From Bigelowiella natans CCMP2755 (lineage: Eukaryota > Protista > Cercozoa), in contig ADNK01002363.1 in the NCBI GenBank assembly GCA_000320545.1, positions 62,001 through 126,000 of the forward strand: a stretch of 64,000 nt of DNA, written 5' to 3'. Below, piece by piece: positions 55,040-64,000 of the stretch (position 1 is the stretch's first letter; every line of letters starts with the position of its first letter). The notes beneath the pieces are model-generated. The model was not told where the DNA came from and did not search any database. It worked only from the letters and a program-made list of their open reading frames with translations. Position numbers and translations under genes: made by a program.

Positions 55040-56160
55040 CTCAATTGGATGCTCATTTCACACCGACGACACGCAAGCAGTGGCCAGCCATCACACAACT
55101 TTCTCTTTCTCTGGAGATCTGGTTGATTGAGGAGGTCATGGATGAGTGTGCGTGACCCATGATCCCATGAAACGCTCCTGAGGAAATGCTTCATTCATTC
55201 ATTCATTCGTTCGTTCATTCAACCGCTCCAACAGAATTGTTTCAGCGTTTCGTTCGTTCAGCTCTCCAATTGCAGCTCTCCCCATCGCCTGAACAGCACA
55301 CACTGCGCTCTTTGCAGCACAAACAACACATGTGCAGTGTTGTCATGTCCATTGTGCAATGCGAGCTTGGGATGCACGCAAGTGGGATTCGCTAAATTCG
55401 ATTGTCCTTCGCTGGGCCTGCCAAGATCGTCCGTCCAAGCAAGTGCCGTGGTCGGCCGACGAGGAACAAACCTTCAAGTCTTGTTCACATGTTGCATGGG
55501 TCGTGTTCCTTCGGACGACCCGGCCGCGGACCAGCCTCAATGACTCCAAGCAGCGTGTAGACGTATCAGCCTTCAGGAAGTTCCTTCGAAGAGCAGATCG
55601 ATGCTTCACGTCGCCGCCACATTGCCGCTAATTGCGCTGCTCCATGCAAGCTGAAATGCCATGTTTTCAAATTCCCTTCAGTCCTCACTGAAGCGAGTTC
55701 GAGGCACTGCGTTTCGCACTTTGCAAGTGTCTTGCCACACTTTGGAAGTGCAGTTTTTCATCACGTTTGTTTGTTTGTTTCAAGTTTGCAATGAATTGCA
55801 CCTGGTGTTCCAATTGATTGCTAGATTGGAGAGGACAGTGGGTGAGTCAGCCGTCGTGTCACAGTCCCACGACCTAGTGATCCTTTCAATCTCTCCAACG
55901 AAGTCACTTCTTCCTCCTTGCCCTGCTAGCCTGTGAGAACATGCTTTGCTTGCCAGCAAGATTGGCAGGACTGAAAGGGCAAAACACCAAAAAAACGTTG
56001 ACAAAGCACACACGCTAGCACGCTGGCACGTTCATCGCGACGAGCTAGCGCGTTACACGTGCGATGCAATGTGCACTGCACAAACGCACGTGGTCGTCGT
56101 CTCGATTGACCATGCACAACGTGTCAAAACGCAGCTGTGCTGGTGCGTGCGCAATGAACA
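55040..56160. other. TpA-depleted domain 3
   Basis: Hand count: 10 TA in ~1120 bp, of which 5 are CTAG and 3 more have C before or G after. Confidence 0.9.
55131..55700 (-). mobile_element. Possible second decayed Merlin/ISXO2-like fragment
   Basis: KHRSALRRNFLKADTSTRCLESL (55343-55609, minus) loosely resembles H.TVNH..NFV....HT..IESL. Terminus GGAGGTC plus TTCAACYGCTCCA and TTCGTTCGTTC motifs are shared with the reverse complement of 31380-31451. Confidence 0.25.
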
Positions 56161-56586
56161 ACCCTAGATGTACATAGCAGAACCTTTGTGCATCACAGCC
56201 GCCCGTCACACCACCTCGCGCAACTGCGATGTATTGTGCGTGAGCATGCTAGCATGTATGTCTAGACGGGCCACACCGTGCTCTGGCGCTGTGAATCACG
56301 TGGCATTGTGCGTGCTAGCCACACCAACGACTGGAATCAGAAAAGCCTGTGCGACAATTCTGGTTCGGTTGCTCGATTATGCCTTCACAGGCGGGCCTAG
56401 TTGCGTTAATGGCGGACACCACACGCACATCTGTAGCTGTACTTGATTGCGGTAGTACGGCTTTAAAAATTCGACTCGAGTTTACTGACTCAGGCTTTCA
56501 GGCTATGTTCTGATACGTTATTAGTGCAAACCTTCCGCCACGTCTCATTGTCGCAGGAAATTGTCGCACGCTGATTCACATGCATG

Positions 56587-59172
56587 CTAGGACAAGCTTC
56601 CCGTTATCACGAAGGGACTCTCAGCCGCTCTCTCATCCTTGCTATCAGGTGTCGGGATTTTATTGGCACAAGCCATTTTTCGTCTCTTCTTCGGGTCATT
56701 CTCCTCACCTCCCTTCTTTTCTTCAGGCTTATAAAAATCAGTGATGCGGAATTCAACAGCAGATGGAGCATTCCCCTCTCCCATGACATCCATACCTACA
56801 GCATCATCCTCTACTTCATCTGCTTCTTCAATTTTCCCACTAACTTTGATTCTCTTCATCATCCGCCTCTTTGGGTTTTTCTTCTTCGTTTTCTTCGCTT
56901 CTTGTGAGGGACAACAGGGTGAACTTGTTTTGTTCACGATTTCGCCCTCCCTCTCTTCAATAGATTCTGCTGCTAATGCCATGATGGCGTCTTTGTTGAA
57001 CATCCTCTTGTGGAGAACGCCAGATTCCCTTCGGTGGAGACGGTCATAATCCTCGTCATTCTCGGTGCTGTCTGCTTCGCTACGACGGGACTTCAGTCTG
57101 CCTTCCTCTCGAAGTATGCTGGAGGCTATATCATCGTACAATTTCAAGGAAGAAAGACTCCCAGCCTTACTAGAATTATCTTGCCGCTGCCGTAGCTGTT
57201 GCTGCTGTTGCTCCATGCCTTGAGCGAGGCGCTCACGAGCATCTTCTCGAAAGCTCTCTTCCTGCAGTTTGTGTAGGAATGAAAGCTCGGCAGCACCAAC
57301 CTTATCACCATCATTCATTTCCTCAATGACATTACTGTTATGAAGATCTGAAGTATTATCATTGCTGATGATAGCCCCAGCTAACGCCGCCTTGAAAGGG
57401 TTAAATCGAGTGTCCAGCTTGATTCCAAGAGGTTCCACTGCCTGCTGGAGAGCTTCATCAGTATCTTGGCTGCTACCACCATCACTATCCTCAGAAGAGT
57501 GAGGCTGGTATTTCAGCTTCTTCATGCTTTTCAAGTTCTTCTCTCCTACCTCTCCGGGAAAACTAGCATCACTTGGATGTTGATGCTTGCGTTTATGCTG
57601 TATGTTGTTGTCGGTGACACTGGTCCCCTTTGCGGCAGCCCCCACTCCCTTGCGCACCAATCGTCTTCCGTCCAGGACCTCTAGCGGACGATCTTCCCCC
57701 CCTCGATGAGTGAGCTGATGAGGTGGGTATGAGATGAAGCAGTCCTCTATTTCATTCCCACGGAGATTTAGATTGCGTAAGCTCTGAAGAGACTCGGCAC
57801 ACTTGCAGTGCGGTCGAGATCTGTGGCGGCGATGGCGGCTGTTGGACTGGTCGTTTTCGTACGTGTTGCGGCATCTGCACAACAGTGGGCCTAGAGACTC
57901 GACGGATTCAAGCTGGTTATGTCCAAGGTCAAGCAGTTTTAGATACTGTAAACCTTTTAGTGCCTCGGGGACGTTCCTGATACTGTTGCCTGTTACCTTG
58001 AGCTCCTGCACGTTTGGTAGCCGCTGCAACGCGCCAGGATCCATCGTTGATATCTGGTTGTGTGACAAAGAGAGCTTTCGAATGAAGCGACCTCCTCCTC
58101 GTCGGATGAAATCGAGAGTCGATATGTTATTCCGAGATAGTACCAGCGTCGATAAGTCAGGGCACATACCGAGGCCCTTTACGTCTGTAACCGTGTTGTC
58201 TGTAGCAATAAAGGTTCGCAAGCACAGCAACTTTCCGACATCTACTTGTCCGGACAACCGACAATTGCTTAGAATGAGAGTCTGTGATTAGGAAAGAATG
58301 AATAGTGAAGGACGTTTAGATTTCTTGATTCAATATAAATGGGTTACGATTACTCTCAGTCTGGTCAGGCCACCAAGATCTTTCAGCGTAGTGACTGGGT
58401 TGCTCGCAAGATTCAATTCCGATAAACGCTTCAATTTACCGATCCAGGTCAAATCAGTTATAGCGTTACTGGTAAAGGATTAGTATTTATCAGTGCGTGG
58501 AGCATGCAGCACACATGCCCCCCCGTTCCCACAACATACTTTCGCAGGTCCAATTCCTTCAAATGTGGCATTTGGAGGAACACTTTGGTGTGCTTTGATT
58601 TGAGACCTCGGTTAGGAAGTTTGAGGCTTTTGATTTGTGCTAGTCGAAGCCCGCTTTCTTCGAGTTTCTGATGGTTGGTGTGTAAGGAAAAGCTCGTGTT
58701 CACCAAAAAAATGCATCAATACCATTTTTAGCCAATCTTCCTCATTGTCGTCAACGGGAGATGAAGTTGCTAAATCTATCTTTGAGGCTTGTCCTATAAT
58801 CCCATAGCACGCACTACTGCTGCTGTGGCAAATCGATGTCTGAAATATCACAGCCAGGATTGACAGCACTAAGAACAATGCACACGGCGACCACGAGCGC
58901 GAGGGCGGCAGAACAGACTGTATTGATTGCTGATGCATTCCAGCCAAGTCGTCTTATGATTGTTGAGCTTTCCCATACTCTTTTCCTTCCACCGTTTACA
59001 ACAACACACACGGGAGCTTCTTCACGATGGATCCCCGTTGTGCTCCTCCTATCTTATCTGCTCCGTCTTTCCCTGTGCAAACTAATGCATGGGGAGAAAC
59101 CCAGCACCAGGGATTGTTGCAATTAAAACTACTACTAACTTTTCGGTGACTAGCGACTGTTGAGATATTCAT
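56587..59172 (-). CDS. SDS22-like leucine-rich-repeat protein with long charged C-terminal tail (start uncertain, 58940-59172)
   Basis: Repeats LKELDLR.NAIT, LSELNLASNPVT, LSTLVLSRNNIS, IRKLSLSHNQIS, LKLLDLGHNQLE, LRNLNLRGNEI, LRRcap-like LEVLDG. A 556-aa terminal exon carries a K/E-rich tail. Confidence 0.85.
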
Positions 59173-59220
59173 ATATTATGGATATTCTTCGGACTAAAAA
59201 TAGACAAGATGGCGCCCCGG

Positions 59221-59780
59221 ATCATCTTGAGCACTTCAACTTGTTTTCCACTTTGATGATTCAACTGTGTGTCTGTGGTGACCCGTCAGCAGCACTCGAT
59301 CATTGAATGTTTTGTCTGCAGCAGCATGGCTAGATGGGTGCGGCTGGGGACCGATCGCTGTGCACCAGTCTAGCAGTCTATCTAGCGCGCAGCTAGTGCG
59401 TGAACCTGCTAGGAATGGCTCTTCATTTGGCACCCTGCTCGCGTGCGCGCGCGGGGACAAATGGACGGTGCGTCCGGCACACGTCCTGGACGTTGCAAGG
59501 ACTAGAGATTGTTTGGTCTCGTTTTGCTGAAATGAAAAAGAGCTAGAGAGTCATGGACACATTGCACCAGTGCACATGCTAGCATGGACAATGACATGAT
59601 GTGACTGCCAGACAAGCTAGCAAGCTAGCAAGTGACATGCTGTCGTGTGCATGTCTCACACATGATCGACATGTCTAGATGCGCATTGCCATGTCATGTC
59701 TAGCCATGCGCACACGTGGCATTCCGGCATCATTGTGTCCATTGCATGCATTGCGTGTTTGTGCGTGCATGTCTAGCTAG

Positions 59781-59819
<39 letters not shown>

Positions 59820-59820
59820 C
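59221..59820. other. TpA-depleted / CTAG-only domain 4
   Basis: Hand count: 15 TA in 600 bp, 14 of them CTAG and one CTAT. Confidence 0.9.
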
Positions 59821-60127
59821 GCGCACATGCACGTCACATCAATTGTCTCTAATCCAATGAAATGCACGGGGTCTGCAAATTGGTGTCCCATGCATCAGCA
59901 TTTTGACCAAGCTACATTACGATCAGAACATTTGTTAGTCTTTTGTTAAGTTCATGTTGCCCATCACAATGCAGCATGAATAAATGGTACTCAATTTGCA
60001 CTCCATGCAGAAACTCCATGTGTAATGATGCATGCTAATAATCTCCTTGAAATCACACTACCGCACTCATTGCAACATTGCAGCCTAGTTGTCGTAATAT
60101 TTGGACTCATTTTCCTCTTGTTTGACC

Positions 60128-61575
60128 TTATTCTCCTGGTGGAGTAGGCAGTGTTGCAGATCCTTCCTCGTCCTCGAAAAGACCTGTGAAGACAATACTT
60201 AAATACATGTCTATAATGATGCAGAGCTTTCTTCCCTCCTCCTTTAACCTTCTCCACAAGGCTCTTTTCCTTCTATAAAGATTTTGCGAGTCCCCACCCC
60301 CTTCCCCCCCCCCCCCTCTTTCTCTCTTATTCCACCCCCCCTCTCCTCTCTCCCCTCCCGGAACAACACTCACCCTTCACTTTAACTTTTCCTTTTTGTG
60401 TGAGTCCAAGTTCAGTTTGCATTCCTAAATTCAAGTGTATTTTTGTCATCTATTTATGAGGATAATTACCATCTGCAGCAACTTATATGCAAGAAGACAA
60501 TATTTCACGGCGATACGAAAGATTGTTTAAATTTGTGTCTTGATTACACATAAAGTTGTGGGGTCAGAGATTTGGTTAGTACGATTTTTATCAGTACAGT
60601 GAGTACTTTCAATCTCCTCAATGTCACCCTCTACGTAGACATCGGTCACAGTACCATCTTCATTTGTTTCCATCTTGAGTACGAAAGAAAAAAAAAGAAG
60701 AAGAAGAAGAAGAAAACACCAAATATAAATTATAAAGTGGAATCACAGTTGCTTTACTGCCTACGTTGTTATGGAGTTGTAGAATTATTGCGGTAACATT
60801 CACCTTAATTCTGAATTCTTCTTCTCTCTCGCCGTTCTTGAGAACGAAGTATCCTGTGGTCGTACATTGCTGCCTCAGTCGATTAAGAGTGTTGGTGATA
60901 GCAGCGAGAGAAACAACAGACGGACGGATGGGAGAGCTTGTATGTTAATATAAGTTGCGGTGTGTTGAACAGTGCGGTAAGCTATGAGGTGAAGAAACCC
61001 TCCTCATTTTATACAATAAAATATCCATATCTATCGTCATCATCACCACTATTAGTTGATGGTTTTTCTGCTCATCATTACCATTGTTTTTTTTCACAAT
61101 AGTCTTCGTAGTTATGAATCGATATCGCTACAGAATCTAGTTAAATTAGCCACCACCAACCTGCTGCTGGCGATGTTAAGGAGAGAAGATACCTATTCGA
61201 AGAAACAACCCGTGGGTACTAATACAGCATGATGATAACTAATGGAAAAACAAGGAATTCCATAAGGAAATGAGAAGGGTGGAAAGTTTCGGTGAAAAAA
61301 AAAGTGGTTAAATAAGTTATCAACTATTCTACCAGGCATTCCCGCCTTTGTCTGGGAGAACGGTGCTGAGAATATGTAATAAATAGTGATCATTAGGCTG
61401 TTAATAATCAACGCGTATCCCCTCCCTTTAATTTCGCATATACACAACACGCTAACATATCCTACTGATAAATTGATGACCAAACTCTGATATCTACTTG
61501 TGCTTAATGTACACATCGTCCCCTCCTCTGCTTGCTCTAACATAGGCACTACTGCCCATCCATTACTAGTGTGTG

Positions 61576-61606
<31 letters not shown>

Positions 61607-63254
61607 AATTACAACAACAACTACTTACTACTTTACCTAAGCACCAGGCCCAGGGAAAGGAAGGAAAGGAAGGTGAACGCAGTGATGAATGCAGCCTAGT
61701 ATTATTATTATTATTATTAGTAGTAGTAGAAGTAGTAAATGTGAGAATGATTATGGTTTTTGAAAAAAACAACGTTATCAATTAATTTTCGATAGTAGCT
61801 TGAATCTAGGCTCATAGCATGCACGCATAGTAATATCAACATATGATGACACATACGAATGCGGGCTCTATGAAGCGACGTTTGACATTTCTCATAATAT
61901 ACAATGAATACGCACACATATTTTTGTTAAAATGTATTATCTTTTCTTAAGCATTATCTCTTCTTATTTTAACTTGTAGCATTGCACCTGGCCACGGTTG
62001 CTTGCATACTTCCCCGAGAAGGTAATAATTTCACCCCTATCCTTAACAGCGTAGTTATATCTAATTGCAACGACAAGTAAAGAGGAGCCTTTAGTTCAAC
62101 GATAAAATCGGAATGAACACAAGGAGAAAATTAATCGCTCTTAGAGTGATTAAAATCTTACTAACTTTAGCATATACTGGAACAACTGCCTTGCGACCAC
62201 GTCTGTTTCAACTCCATTCTAGGTGTGATAAAATAATAATAGGTGATGACTGATTGTACAATCTCTGGGTTTTCGTTAACAGGTTGAATGCTCGTTGTTA
62301 TAGATCATGGGGCAGAATCATATTGTGCATTTTTATACTGGGGCTTTCGGTCCTGCTACTTCGAAAGTTGCCTAATTTATAGGGATAATACAGAAATTCT
62401 TCATTTTCAAAAGTAGTATCACATTAATGTCAATAAGCTGTGATGTATTTTATTTTTCTTTTATACACTTTCCGCCCTCCTCTTTATCATCATCTTTATA
62501 TTGTTTTCCTTGTATAATTCTAGTCTTCGTTATATTGGTAAAACTGAAATAAGTCTAACCCTCTTGATATTCGCTTTCGGCGCCCTACACAATTCGGTAG
62601 AAGAGGCTTCAGCAATATGATAATGGTGAAATAATGATTGGGCAAAGAGGTTTGGAAGGGATTTGTTTTTCACTTTATTTTTATTACCTTTTAATCTGAG
62701 ACCATACTCCAGGAAATGCGAGCAAGAATAATCCAAGGGCTAGCAAACATATACATCATCACCGGAAGTCAGAAGTGGGGAAATGGAAGAAGAAGAGGGT
62801 AACAAATGCTGTACTACAAGGGTATGCGGCTTTCGGGATATCTCGCGATTGCACTGATTCGACTGCAGCCAAAGCTTCTGATAAAATTAGAAACATAACA
62901 TCTCATCAACAAGCGTGATTATGGAAAGCGGCATTAGTTTATGCTCATATTACCGTGTGCAGTCAATAATGGACCCGCAGATGCTACTGCAGCTGCTGTT
63001 GCAAGGGAAGTAAGTGACTTGGTAAAAGGAGTTACTCTTTCAGGCGTCTTTGGAGGACTTTGGACGGAGCTGTGCCCGTTTCCCTGACCGATCGTTGCCC
63101 TTGACCTCATACCATTTAAAAGGGCCGTTCTCATCCCGTACCGCACAGCTCTGTGGGCATTCGAAACTGAGCTAGACCTTGGAATCTGCCGAACACGAGG
63201 GGCCCCTTCTACTAAGCCAAAAAAAGCAAAAATTGCAAGTCCTAATCCTCTCAT
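60128..63254 (-). CDS. CCB1: CCB1, cofactor assembly of complex C subunit B (heme ci attachment to cytochrome b6), plastid-targeted
   Basis: Bipartite leader MRGLGLAIFAFFGLVEG-APRVR..; LGLFLLAFPGVWSQIKRAPKANIKR; YNYAVKDRGEIITFSGKYASNRGQAAFITAFTFLSFLSLGLVL; WYLLSLTSPAAGYF..REEEFRIKM; VYVEGDIEEIE; ELGLTQKGKVKVKGLFE. Order matches plant/algal CCB1. Confidence 0.9.
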
Positions 63255-63665
63255 AATGTGGTAGGGTTCGGCGTAGAGGGTTTGTGGTCGTGTGGTGGGG
63301 ATAAGTAGTTCCCTTATTAATTCTACTTATATTGTAGACATAGTAGATCTATTAGGAAACAAGGGCAATGCAGAATTCAAGTCGTCTTTAAGAAACGCAA
63401 CACCGACAACATTGTCGTCCTCTCAAAAACGGCAACCTATGAGGAATGAGGAAGAAAACTCGGGGAAAACTCAGGGGATTTATTATTCCATATTGCTAGT
63501 AATGCTCCTGACATCAATAATGCAAGTCAATATCATCATAGATCTAGTCAATATTTCAACAAAGACAAAAGAAATCTCGAGAAATGGACGACGGACAGAC
63601 ACACACGGACGGACAGAAAGAAAGACGAAAATAAATAGTAAGAGCAGCGTGTAAAAATGGGTTCC

Positions 63666-64000
63666 TCATTCTGCCGGTGGGTCGTAGTAACCGTAATTCG
63701 CTCGAAACATGGGTTGCTCTGAATCTTCGTCGTCGTATCTCCATTGCATTATCGCCCATCGTCGCGCTTGCCTGAACATCATCTTACCATAAGATAATAT
63801 CATGATAATTGCATCATAACACCATCATTACATTGTATCTTTGTGCAAATTCTAAACTTTTTCTTTTCTATTGACACTGATGACAATCTACAGCCCGTAT
63901 AGCAAAACAAATTGGAATACGATTCTAGGCTTCGGCTCCCTACTCAGCGAGGTAGATTGCTTATCTCTGTAGCTGCCAATTCTGCTACTGCCTACATACT
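63666..64000 (-). CDS. 3' end of a hypothetical gene entering from the right edge
   Basis: Two short open segments bounded by AG/GT (~63920-63990 and 63666-63785: MFRQARRWAIMQWRYDDEDSEQPMFRANYGYYDPPAE*). Confidence 0.3.

Noticed and set aside
55780-55830. NWNTRCNSL resembling the hAT TRWNS motif
   Set aside because: Isolated 5-residue resemblance followed by a stop, with no other hAT motifs.

Overview
This is eukaryotic nuclear DNA, intron-dense, with microsatellite-laden introns. Bipartite (signal + transit-like) leaders on plastid proteins point to an alga with a secondary plastid; the leader style suggests a chlorarachniophyte (inference). Genes recognised from spliced motifs: a plastid SlyD-type/FKBP12 tandem PPIase, peroxisomal (PTS2) citrate synthase, a damaged Crinkler/RHS-type NTPase-nuclease gene, TFIIIC subunit tau95 (GTF3C5), MCCC2, glycine decarboxylase P protein, a TPR membrane protein, a calcyphosin-like EF-hand protein, an RGS-domain protein, an LRR protein and CCB1, plus hypotheticals. 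A 963-bp hAT-like non-autonomous transposon with clear TIRs and an 8-bp TSD sits at 3473-4435. The main signal is not a gene. Several intergenic/transposon domains are almost stripped of the dinucleotide TpA, the survivors sit mostly in CTAG, and CATG/TGCA are abundant. That fits a domain-targeted A-to-G hypermutation at TA(not G), a mirror image of fungal RIP. No responsible enzyme is visible in this window. Exon boundaries and dinucleotide counts were done by eye and are approximate.
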